A stretch of 56,383 bases of DNA from a virus (IMGVR_UViG_3300021185_001079:1-56383); one strand, 5' to 3'; numbered from the stretch's first letter, positions 47,631-55,739 are shown. Made by a program: numbers and translations. The notes: a model not told the origin generated them from the letters alone.

Positions 47631-47808
47631 GTTTTTTACTACTTTGCTGTTTGTTGCTTACAAATTTGTTGTAGCAGTTTTAAAACAGCAACGCAAGCAC
47701 AAATTGCAATAAAATGTGCTTGCTATACTTTTTTTACTAAACTATACTTTAGTATAGTTCGCCCCTACTTATGCGCACTTGACAATACTAAAGTAGGGGC
47801 CTCTGAAT

Positions 47809-48072
47809 TCAGCCTTCGTAAACTCCTAGCACGCCGGGGTTGATCCACTCTGCAAACAATCCGTTTGCCTCTAGCACATCGTTAATCTCTTTCTTTACAC
47901 CAAACCGGTATGCAGGTTCGTTGCAATACTCTTCGTAGTAGTCTGCCCACACAGTGTCATAGTTGGACTCTGCGCTGATGCGGAATGTATCTTCGCCGTT
48001 GTCACCGCCGCGGATTACTGGTGCGCCCATTTTGCGTAGTGCGTCAAAAGCTGTTCTATAGTTGCGTTTCAT
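47809..48072 (-). CDS. Early hypothetical protein
   Basis: Cassette; WADYY...AEWINPG. Confidence 0.7.
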   Translation of the reverse strand: MKRNYRTAFDALRKMGAPVIRGGDNGEDTFRISAESNYDTVWADYYEEYCNEPAYRFGVKKEINDVLEANGLFAEWINPGVLGVYEG

Positions 48073-48131
48073 TGTGTGCTCCTCATTTGCTATACAAGTA
48101 CACTAGCGCCTTGCAGCGCTAGTGTCAACAC

Positions 48132-48296
48132 CTAATCTTCCATAAAACGCTCTGAAAGTTCGTTACAGTCTAACATGTCTGCAACATCATCTGTTGACAT
48201 ATATTTCAATGCCATTACTAGCATGTCTTCTGCTGATACCATTCCTTCGTCAATCAGCTCAAGTGCTGTGTCTCTGCTGTTAGTAATGCGTTTCAT
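48132..48296 (-). CDS. Early hypothetical protein (not in ORF track)
   Basis: MKRITNSRDTALELIDEG..., 54 aa; its TAG stop lies in the next cassette repeat. Confidence 0.65.
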   Translation of the reverse strand: MKRITNSRDTALELIDEGMVSAEDMLVMALKYMSTDDVADMLDCNELSERFMED

Positions 48297-48360
48297 TGTG
48301 TGCTCCTCATTTGCTATACAAGTACACTAGCGCATTGCTGCGCTAGTGTCAACACCTAAT

Positions 48361-48597
48361 TTACTCTTCTACTTCACGTCCTTCTGCAAACAGCATCAAC
48401 TCTACAGCCAACTGCCGCGCCTGCGTTCTGTCAAGCTGCAAGCTATTAAACCATTTGTCTGTTGCCTCTGCGCGAGCTTTGGGCTTGCGTTGCGTTATTT
48501 GTAAACACTGCAAACGATCCGCTCCGCCCCAGAAGCGTGTTTGTGTAAGTTCGTTTTGTGCTCTGCACCCGGGGACATTTCTAAGTTGCGTTGACAT
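48361..48597 (-). CDS. Early hypothetical protein
   Basis: Cassette; TRFWGG...CLQITQ. Confidence 0.7.
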   Translation of the reverse strand: MSTQLRNVPGCRAQNELTQTRFWGGADRLQCLQITQRKPKARAEATDKWFNSLQLDRTQARQLAVELMLFAEGREVEE

Positions 48598-48668
48598 ATC
48601 TAGTGCTCCTCATTTGCTATACAAGTACACTAGCGCCTTGCGGCGCTAGTGTCAACACCTTATTTTAA

Positions 48669-48869
48669 TTAAAATTCAGCTTGCAGCTCTTCTCTAAAAT
48701 CTGCTTGCGGCTTGACCCACTCTTGCATCATTGATACAGCTTCAATATCTGATGTAGCGTTACGTGTCACCATTTCAATTTCATCGTCTGCATAACACTC
48801 TACTACAATATCCCAACCATTAACTTCGTAATTGGCATTTGCAAACGCTTTAACTACTTCTACAAACAT
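48669..48869 (-). CDS. Early hypothetical protein
   Basis: GAGGAG RBS; NYEVNGWDIVVEC. Confidence 0.7.
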   Translation of the reverse strand: MFVEVVKAFANANYEVNGWDIVVECYADDEIEMVTRNATSDIEAVSMMQEWVKPQADFREELQAEF

Positions 48870-48956
48870 AGCTTGCTCCTCTGTGTTGCTATGTAGTAGT
48901 TATAGCAAAGGTAAAAGCGCATTGCAACCAAAAAATGCACTTTTACCAAATCTTTT

Positions 48957-49475
48957 TTATGCTTCGTGATTGCCTCCCCAGACAGTCTCCAGCTCTTCCT
49001 CTGAGGCGTACCAGTCAGCTGCACAAAAGTCTTCGATCAAACTATGTAGTACAGGATCTTCTTCTGCTGTGGTTTCTAATAGTTCGTCTACATTCTCCCA
49101 GTAATCATCGCCGCCCTCTGAGTCATACAACCCAATGAAGCACAGACCTGGTTCAAAGTATTTCAACTCAATGTAACATGAGTCCCAGTCTTGTGCTAGT
49201 GTAGTAAACGCCTCTACAGGTGGGCTCCATGCTGAGTCAAAATAACCTTCTATTGTGCTAGTGCCGTCTCCGTTGTCTATGTACTCAAGACCTTCTGTGC
49301 TTACATCCCATTTGGTTCCCCACTTGCTGAGTGCTGCTTCTCTATCGTACTCTCCGATAGGTGCAATGGCTTCTAGTAGTCCTTCTTCGCTGTCTTGTTC
49401 AATGATTGACTTCAGCTGCACCAATGTGCTAGTGTTGCCTGTGATTAGTAATGAGTTGCTGCACCAGTTAGGCAT
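48957..49475 (-). CDS. DUF1281/YubB-like ferredoxin-fold protein
   Basis: MPNWCSN, WGTKWD, FDSAWSPP and YFEPG. Confidence 0.75.
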   Translation of the reverse strand: MPNWCSNSLLITGNTSTLVQLKSIIEQDSEEGLLEAIAPIGEYDREAALSKWGTKWDVSTEGLEYIDNGDGTSTIEGYFDSAWSPPVEAFTTLAQDWDSCYIELKYFEPGLCFIGLYDSEGGDDYWENVDELLETTAEEDPVLHSLIEDFCAADWYASEEELETVWGGNHEA

Positions 49476-49620
49476 AGTGTTCGTCCTCCCCTAAGATCTC
49501 TGTGTCTACGATGTCTGCATGTTCAAAGGCGTAGTCGCACTCTGCAATCACTTCCTGTTCGTTAGCGTCACGCAGTATCTCTAGCGCAACGGTAATATAT
49601 ATCTTGCGTGTAGTATCCAT
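49468..49620 (-). CDS. Early hypothetical protein (not in ORF track)
   Basis: 50 aa, MDTTRKIYITV...; GAGGAG upstream; overlaps the next start. Confidence 0.55.
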   Translation of the reverse strand: MDTTRKIYITVALEILRDANEQEVIAECDYAFEHADIVDTEILGEDEHYA

Positions 49621-49709
49621 CTAGCATTGCTCCTCTATCTGTGCTTAACTTTTATAGTCATCTGCTATGCGTGTCAACACCTAAATGCACACGCATAGCA
49701 GCGGGGCCT

Positions 49710-50165
49710 TTATGCTACAAACGCCTCTGCGTCTGCTCTAATCTGCTCTATGATGTTAGCAGTCTTGCTTGGATTGCTACGCAGCTCTGCGGGTATGTTG
49801 CTGCCCATAAACGTGTAGGGCTTGTTCCAGCCTCCGCCTATGTTGATGTCTATGTAGTGGCTGCGGTGGAAGTAATCAGACATTGAATCGTCTTCGTTAA
49901 AGTACCGCTCGCCCTTGCAAGCGTCTAGCAGCTCGTTTAAGAAGTCACGTGCGATGCCGCTGTAGTGTGTGTCAATATGGTAGACGTTTACGTCTTGATA
50001 TACATCTCTCATGTACTCTGAAAAGTCAATGCGTCCTGAGCGCAGTGTAACGACTAGCGTCATGTGATGACGGACAGCAATTGAACCCTTCATGTCGTAC
50101 TTTTTAAGTACAGCTTTGATGCCTGGTGCTAAACGTGCTTTGTCTTCTTTACTTACATATGCCAT
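49710..50165 (-). CDS. Early protein resembling a large-polyvalent-protein-associated domain (LPD25/29-like)
   Basis: MAYVS...KGSIAV...VNVYHI...DDSMSDYF...YIDINIG. Confidence 0.5.
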   Translation of the reverse strand: MAYVSKEDKARLAPGIKAVLKKYDMKGSIAVRHHMTLVVTLRSGRIDFSEYMRDVYQDVNVYHIDTHYSGIARDFLNELLDACKGERYFNEDDSMSDYFHRSHYIDINIGGGWNKPYTFMGSNIPAELRSNPSKTANIIEQIRADAEAFVA

Positions 50166-50402
50166 TTGCAAACCCTCTTTGCTTGTTGCTATATAAACAT
50201 CATAGCGCCGTTGCGCTACGATGTCAACAGTTATTTTACATATCTGGAAATTTATCTACAGCCTTCTCAGCTGCCTCAAACATCGTGTAGCCTAAGCTGA
50301 GCAAGTGATCCTTTTGATCTCTACCAATCAACATGCCGTTGATGATGCTGTCTACCTTGTCTAGTGCCTCGTCTAGTTGGGCCAGTCTGTCTGTATTGTT
50401 AC

Positions 50403-50606
50403 TCATGCTGTCTTCCTCCCTGTGCGTAAGTTGTACTCAAAACGCAACCCGCCTAAGCAATCACGGCAGCGGATATAATCAAAGTATCCTTGCGTCTTCA
50501 TGGCTGCGTGTACAGTCTTGCCATCTGCTGCTGAGCTTACAGTGTCTACCCATTCCTCAGCGCCGCCGTCTTTTACTCCAAAAATCTTAAAGCTTCTACG
50601 TGCCAT
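50403..50606 (-). CDS. Early hypothetical protein
   Basis: GAGGAG RBS and cassette promoter. Confidence 0.65.
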   Translation of the reverse strand: MARRSFKIFGVKDGGAEEWVDTVSSAADGKTVHAAMKTQGYFDYIRCRDCLGGLRFEYNLRTGRKTA

Positions 50607-50681
50607 TGTGTTTGCTCCTCTGTGTATGCTTTGTTATACGCTCAACAATCGACAGTGTCAACACCTAATTTAAATAAAGTT

Positions 50682-50810
50682 GCCCCCGCAGCTGAGGGCG
50701 GGCTGCGAGGGCTATATGGAGCAGAGCGTGAGGGCGGCGCTTACTGCTCCGTCTACACTAGATGAGGGGCTCTAGCGTAGTATGCTGCAATGCGGAAGGC
50801 TGAGGGCTTA
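50682..50810 (-). ncRNA. Putative multi-hairpin RNA with GCCCUCA loops
   Basis: Three adjacent hairpins with different stems and a shared CCCUCA loop, plus a fourth copy at the ATPase stop; ends in a U-rich tail. Confidence 0.6.
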
Positions 50811-51809
50811 GCCACGTCGCATAACAGTATTTTCAGCCATTGACTCCCAGCTATCTGGAAATGCTTTGGCTAAGTCTGCAATCTTAAGGACAGTTCGCAA
50901 ACTCAGTTCTCTTAGCTTTGACTTATTAATGTCAACAAAGTCGACAATGTCTTGAATCAGTTCATCGGAGAACTTATAATCATTTAGCATTCCGTCATTG
51001 GTGATCTGCTTGATTCTGAGCATCTTCTCTCTGTCTGAGTCAATAGTCAAGTCCATGTAGTGACAGCGTGACTCTAACGCACTCAAGTGCTCGCGGATCT
51101 TACCTTTGGCTTTGTCAAACTTCAGATTGGTTACAAAGATTGCACTTGCTTCAAAGTTAAAGCTATCTGGTACACCTTCGTTGCGCAGCTTGTATGAGTC
51201 TGTATTCCAGTGAATGGTGCGCTTCTTCTTAGAGTCTAATGCTGCCTTTAGGATGTTCAAGCTTAGTTCGTCGCTAAAGATTGAGTCGCAGTCATCAAAC
51301 ACAACTACCTTGCCCTTGTCTGCCATCTTGTATAGCTTACAGTACAAGCCAATGGGCGACATTGCACCTTTGACAACTTCGTAACGTTGCTCACCACCTA
51401 GTGCTTCTATAGTTGCGTAGCGGTCTAGTACTGTCTCAATACCGTGTGACTTACCTACGCCCGGGGGACCCGACACAATCATTGCTCGCACATCGCCTTT
51501 GCGAACAGCCTTTGTCATGTCTGACAGCATGTCAAATCTGTCTCTAAGGCGTTCAATGATCTCACTGTCAGTTTCTTCACGCTGTGTAGTCTTAGTATCT
51601 AAGTCACACAACTCGTAATCCCCCGGGCCGTCGCACTTGATCTTAATGTTGCGATCCGGAAAGCCGTTAACGGCAGAGCCGTCTACTGTTACAAAGCCGC
51701 CTTGTGAGCCAACTTTGAATGTTTCCACTAGTGGAAATACAATACCACTCATGTCTGTGTCGTTACCGCGAATCTTGTATACGCCGTTTATAATTCTTAC
51801 ATTTGCCAT
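50808..51809 (-). CDS. AAA+/P-loop ATPase
   Basis: SGPPGVGKS, VVFDDCD, LKAALD, FVTN and ALESR. Confidence 0.85.
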   Translation of the reverse strand: MANVRIINGVYKIRGNDTDMSGIVFPLVETFKVGSQGGFVTVDGSAVNGFPDRNIKIKCDGPGDYELCDLDTKTTQREETDSEIIERLRDRFDMLSDMTKAVRKGDVRAMIVSGPPGVGKSHGIETVLDRYATIEALGGEQRYEVVKGAMSPIGLYCKLYKMADKGKVVVFDDCDSIFSDELSLNILKAALDSKKKRTIHWNTDSYKLRNEGVPDSFNFEASAIFVTNLKFDKAKGKIREHLSALESRCHYMDLTIDSDREKMLRIKQITNDGMLNDYKFSDELIQDIVDFVDINKSKLRELSLRTVLKIADLAKAFPDSWESMAENTVMRRG

Positions 51810-51879
51810 CTTGTTGCCCTTTTGTTTCTAACCCTATGCACTTAATATAGCACATAGGGCAGTGTGTGTCAAGTCCTAA

Positions 51880-52152
51880 TTAGCCACCAATTGCCAACGG
51901 AGTTAGCAGGCTTGCTGTAACTTTCCAATTGGTCATTCCGGCTTTGACTATCACAGTCTTCTGGTTGACCTTTGTAACTGTGCCAGTAACAGTTTCGCCT
52001 CTGCGTCCTTCAAAGCTCACTGTGTCGCCTACTCGCAGGCTACGTGCTGTGTTCTTTGCTAGGAATGTGCGGCGGAGTTTGATCTCGTCAACTACACGGT
52101 TCAGTTCTTCTGCGTTCATGTTACGAACGTTATCTAATACTGTCATCATCAT
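51880..52152 (-). CDS. Early SH3/KOW-like small protein
   Basis: LRVGDTVSF...GTVTKVNQKTV...WKV. Confidence 0.65.
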   Translation of the reverse strand: MMMTVLDNVRNMNAEELNRVVDEIKLRRTFLAKNTARSLRVGDTVSFEGRRGETVTGTVTKVNQKTVIVKAGMTNWKVTASLLTPLAIGG

Positions 52153-52206
52153 TAGCTTTGCTCCTCATTTGCTATACAAGTAAACTAGCGCCTTTCGACA
52201 CTAGTG

Positions 52207-52449
52207 TCAACACCTAAATAAACAATAATCAACTAATTTACTATATACTTGATCACGTACATCAGTATCAAAGGCTTCCTCAAAGCCTGTACGACCACTT
52301 AGGGTGAGTAGTTGCTCCTGCACCCACTTCCATACCTTTTCGTCGCTGGTGCTGCGAGGAAATTGACTTGCAGCATACACAATCTCTTGTACCTTGCGAT
52401 CACCTTCGGCGCTAAACATTCCGAAGCCATTTATATTAAAGTAACTCAT
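52207..52449 (-). CDS. Early hypothetical protein
   Basis: Cassette; the ORF end runs into the next repeat. Confidence 0.65.
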   Translation of the reverse strand: MSYFNINGFGMFSAEGDRKVQEIVYAASQFPRSTSDEKVWKWVQEQLLTLSGRTGFEEAFDTDVRDQVYSKLVDYCLFRC

Positions 52450-52513
52450 GTCGTGCTCCTCATTTGCTATACAAGTACACTAGCGCCTTGCGGCACTAGT
52501 GTCAACACCTAAT

Positions 52514-52867
52514 TTAGGCTGCTGCTAAAATACTTGGACCGCGGTTTGCGGGCTTGTGCAGGGTCACGTGCGTTGCTGAGTAACGCTCGCTACTGTCTGC
52601 TTTGTTAACAAAGCTGGTGTACTTGTAGGGGTCGTAAGTTACAGCTACAGTGTCCTCTGTGAACAGCTCGGGCTGCTCTACAAGTGTGCCACGTACAAAC
52701 GCATGCACGTTCTTCTTGCCTTCTTCACGCACCTTGCGGTTGCCTGCGGCTTGCACTGCGAAGGTTACGTCCTCCAGCTGTACGTTGTAGGTATGGGCAA
52801 TTACTTTGCCTTTGTGACGAACGCTGAACAAGTTCTTATGTAAGTTGTAATATACTTCTACACGCAT
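52514..52867 (-). CDS. Early hypothetical protein
   Basis: VYYNLHK...KKNVHAFVRG...YDPY; RBS TGAGGG before ATG. Confidence 0.7.
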   Translation of the reverse strand: MRVEVYYNLHKNLFSVRHKGKVIAHTYNVQLEDVTFAVQAAGNRKVREEGKKNVHAFVRGTLVEQPELFTEDTVAVTYDPYKYTSFVNKADSSERYSATHVTLHKPANRGPSILAAA

Positions 52868-52939
52868 TTTCAAGCCCTCACTTGTTTGTTGCTATAGTAG
52901 TACACTAGCGCCTTTCAACGCTAGTGTCAACACCTTTTT

Positions 52940-53149
52940 TTAATCTTGTAGGTTAGTTATTGCATTATTTAGGAGCTTCATCTCGTCAGCAAACATCTCG
53001 TCGCTCATGTTCGCCAGCGCATATGTCATTGCGCTTTCTAAATAGCCCGCAACGTATGCTTGCCCATTGTGTGGGTGCTTTGCTTCCGCAGCGTGTGCAA
53101 ATGCTTTTAAAGTGTTTCTTGCGCTGTCCAGTTTAGTTACAAAGTCCAT
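52940..53149 (-). CDS. Early hypothetical protein
   Basis: GAGGAG RBS; AYVAGYLES. Confidence 0.65.
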   Translation of the reverse strand: MDFVTKLDSARNTLKAFAHAAEAKHPHNGQAYVAGYLESAMTYALANMSDEMFADEMKLLNNAITNLQD

Positions 53150-53210
53150 AGCGTGTGCTCCTCTGTTGCTATAGTAGTACACTAGCGCCTTTCAGCGCCA
53201 GTGTCAACAC

Positions 53211-53525
53211 CTAATTGTTAGGTGTTACACGTTTAAGCACGGAGATATAATAATCCCTTGAGCTCTGCGGCTCACCTGCATCGTCAGGCAAGTCGTTTAG
53301 CCATTCGTCGTATGCGCGAATCTCGCATGGGTATTCCTTCCATGCAATATTGTTCTCCATGCACATGGCGGCTACAAATGCCATAGCGTCGGCTGGACGG
53401 TCTAGGTCCTCTACTAGATAGGTGTCGCCGCCTTTGAACTTCCAGTGGCTGAAGCCGTCGGCATGCTTGCCGCTGTCAGCGTGTGCACCGTAGTTTTCTA
53501 AAGTCTGTGTATGAACTATAAACAT
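53211..53525 (-). CDS. Early hypothetical protein
   Basis: TQTLENYGAH...WKFKGG. Confidence 0.7.
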   Translation of the reverse strand: MFIVHTQTLENYGAHADSGKHADGFSHWKFKGGDTYLVEDLDRPADAMAFVAAMCMENNIAWKEYPCEIRAYDEWLNDLPDDAGEPQSSRDYYISVLKRVTPNN

Positions 53526-53588
53526 GTCGTGCTCCTCATTTGCTATACAAGTACACTAGCGCCTTGCAGCGCCAGTGTCAACACCTAA

Positions 53589-54113
53589 TTAGTCTTCTGG
53601 GTCGTTTTCTTCCCAACTATTAATTTCTTCTTGATCCTCAATCCAGTCTTCGCAGCTCTGACAATGACTGCCCCAGCTACCGTCTGCAACATCGTCGCAC
53701 TCTTCGCAGTAGTGTTGCTCTTCATCTTCGTGGTCAAACATGCTTTCTGTATTGGCCTGCTCTAGCAGTTGCGGCCTGTCTAGGATGTGTTGTACTGTTT
53801 GCGTTACAACTTCTTCTATGCTTACCTGCAGCGCATCGCCTGTGTAGTTTCCGCTGTACAAGCGTCCTAGCGTGTAAGGTTCTATGATGGTCTGCAGAGT
53901 GCTGTTGATAACTCCCTTGTTGTAGAGGAAGTTAAGTGCGCCGCTTGTGTTGTTGCCCATTCCGTTGTTGTAAAGGTCATAAGCTAGTCTAGTACAAGCA
54001 CGTAGCAGCTCTCCTGCTACAGTATCTGATTCTCCGCTGGCAGGTACAAGCGCAGTTAAACGTGTGTAGTCTTCTTGCAGTTTGCCATTGCCGTTCCAGT
54101 AAGTGTTTTCCAT
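53589..54113 (-). CDS. Early hypothetical protein with C-terminal Zn ribbon
   Basis: TYWNGNGK, GELLRA, YDLYNNG and CEEC...CQSC. Confidence 0.7.
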   Translation of the reverse strand: MENTYWNGNGKLQEDYTRLTALVPASGESDTVAGELLRACTRLAYDLYNNGMGNNTSGALNFLYNKGVINSTLQTIIEPYTLGRLYSGNYTGDALQVSIEEVVTQTVQHILDRPQLLEQANTESMFDHEDEEQHYCEECDDVADGSWGSHCQSCEDWIEDQEEINSWEENDPED

Positions 54114-54188
54114 TTGCTTAATCCCTCTAGCATGGTTCAACTTATATGTACAACATAGCGCCTAAACGCTATGCTGTCAACACCTAAT

Positions 54189-54383
54189 TTACGTGCGTCC
54201 CATTAAAATATCGTAAGCACCTTGTTCTAGTGTGTCATCGTCCATCAGTTGTTCTAGCCCAAGTTGTTGTCTCAACACACGAGCTTGTGCGGTGCATTGC
54301 GCAAGTGTTGTGTTGTGGGCTGATTCTACAGTGTCCCATAGTGCTTCTTCTAGTGCAATTGCACGATCCTTCATGCGTCCCAT
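54189..54383 (-). CDS. Early hypothetical protein
   Basis: Cassette promoter and RBS. Confidence 0.65.
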   Translation of the reverse strand: MGRMKDRAIALEEALWDTVESAHNTTLAQCTAQARVLRQQLGLEQLMDDDTLEQGAYDILMGRT

Positions 54384-54448
54384 AGCGTTGCTCCTCTGTT
54401 GCTATACGAGTACACTAGCGCATCGCTGCGCTAGTGTCAACCCCTAAT

Positions 54449-54610
54449 TTAGTTCGCACTAGCAGTTTTATACAATTTTGATAGTTGTGCTTGTGTGACA
54501 GTGTACAAGCACGGCAGTGTAACATTGTGTGCATAACGCTGCTGCTGTGTTGCAAGGTCTACAATTAAAAGTGTATTGTAGTTAATTACAGTGTGTCCAA
54601 ATTTTGGCAT
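54449..54610 (-). CDS. Early hypothetical protein (not in ORF track; GA/GG-poor)
   Basis: GAGGAG RBS; MPKFGHTVIN..., 53 aa. Confidence 0.55.
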   Translation of the reverse strand: MPKFGHTVINYNTLLIVDLATQQQRYAHNVTLPCLYTVTQAQLSKLYKTASAN

Positions 54611-54673
54611 CGTGTGCTCCTCAGCTTGTAGCGTACACTAGCGCATTGCTGCGCTAGTGTCAACCACTTTTTT

Positions 54674-54862
54674 TTATTCGTCTGCTGCTGCTTCTTCTAG
54701 CATTGTGTTAACATCGTAGCCGTACACTAGCATCTCTTGCAACAATTGCTTGCACGTCTCATAGCTGTCCCACTGTTGTATTTCAAACTCGTCCTCGCAG
54801 TCATACGCATTGCTTAGTGCTATTTGCATGTTGTAAAACATTTTTGTGTGTGCTGCTTGCAT
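54674..54862 (-). CDS. Early hypothetical protein (island 3)
   Basis: GGAG RBS; GA-free promoter variant upstream. Confidence 0.65.
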   Translation of the reverse strand: MQAAHTKMFYNMQIALSNAYDCEDEFEIQQWDSYETCKQLLQEMLVYGYDVNTMLEEAAADE

Positions 54863-55086
54863 AGTAGTGCTCCGTTTTTGTTTGTTGCTACAGTTACGTT
54901 GTAGCAGCTTTTAAGCAGCAGCGCAAGCAAAAAATGCATAAAAATAAAATTAATTTTTTTTAATTTAGCTGTTGACCTTTGCACTAGATGATGTTATACG
55001 TTGTGTGAGGTCAGCAAAGCGGCGAGGGGCGCAAGTAGGGGACGGGTTAGGAGTGCGGGGTGTGACCTCCGGTTCTAGCGAGAATC

Positions 55087-55117
55087 CAAAAGAACGAGCG
55101 ACACCGTGGTGCCGCTC
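55087..55117 (-). terminator. Probable terminator
   Basis: Minus-strand GAGCGGCAC-CACG-GUGUCGCUC followed by GUUCUUUU. Confidence 0.65.
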
Positions 55118-55122
55118 CTGGT

Positions 55123-55473
55123 TCACATGCTCCAGTAGGTCTCGGTAGCAGGGCTCATATGCGCTGGCGTGTTCACCGGCTCATCGAACTCCTTAGTGGG
55201 ATCCATTAAGCTTGATCTGCGCCGTGACTTCTCAATCATTAAGTGGAAGTATTCACAGTCTGCAACAGCATACCGAAAGATTGGATTGTTGGGCGAATCA
55301 GTTCCCTCTGTGTGCCGCGCTTCGCTCGCATACCATTCAACACAAAACCTAGTGATTGCAGCCTTTGCTGCGGCCATAGTTTTGTAGGTCTTGCGGTAGT
55401 CCGCTCGAACGACGCCTCGGCTGTCCATCTTGCCCATGATAAACGTTGACGATCTTTCATATACGTAAAACAT
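55123..55473 (-). CDS. Early hypothetical protein
   Basis: YKTMAAAKAAITR...NTP...SPATETYWSM; GAGGG RBS. Confidence 0.7.
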   Translation of the reverse strand: MFYVYERSSTFIMGKMDSRGVVRADYRKTYKTMAAAKAAITRFCVEWYASEARHTEGTDSPNNPIFRYAVADCEYFHLMIEKSRRRSSLMDPTKEFDEPVNTPAHMSPATETYWSM

Positions 55474-55515
55474 TTCTCTTCCCTCTAGCTCTGTTTCTAC
55501 ACTATTAATATAGCA

Positions 55516-55668
55516 TCACTCGAACACCGTGTCAACCACTTTCTTTTGAGTCATCTTCACATATGTTCGAGCGAGATCATGCCGCGATCGAACCTCACAC
55601 AGCGCACGAGCATCCGCCTCTGATGTACAGTAAGCCACAACTCGATCTTCTTCTAGTATCATAAACAT
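55516..55668 (-). CDS. Early hypothetical protein
   Basis: AGGAGG RBS before MFMI. Confidence 0.5.
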   Translation of the reverse strand: MFMILEEDRVVAYCTSEADARALCEVRSRHDLARTYVKMTQKKVVDTVFE

Positions 55669-55739
55669 CTCTGATCCTCCTAGTACTAGTAGTAACATCA
55701 ACAACCGAACCTGTCAATGGCCAAAAAGAACTTTTCTAA

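Larger units (their letters stand above)
43735..55545 (-). repeat. Dispersed family of about 25-30 promoter/stem-loop/RBS cassettes (about 60 bp each)
   Basis: Minus-strand consensus ATTAGGTG-TTGACA-CTAGCGC(N6)GCGC-TAGTGT-ACTTGTATAGCAAATGAGGAGCAC; copies near 43735, 43971, 44926, 45263, 45500, 48074, 48298, 48603, 52158, 52452, 52890, 53154, 53529, 54388 and 54612, plus diverged ones. Confidence 0.95.

Noticed and set aside
43735-54670. CRISPR array reading of the palindromic repeats
   Set aside because: The spacers are 150-1000 bp whole genes, the repeats carry -35/-10/RBS elements, and no cas genes are present.
43735-54670. True integron attC array
   Set aside because: No integrase in the window and no clear RYYYAAC/GTTRRRY boxes; the repeats are explained as promoters.
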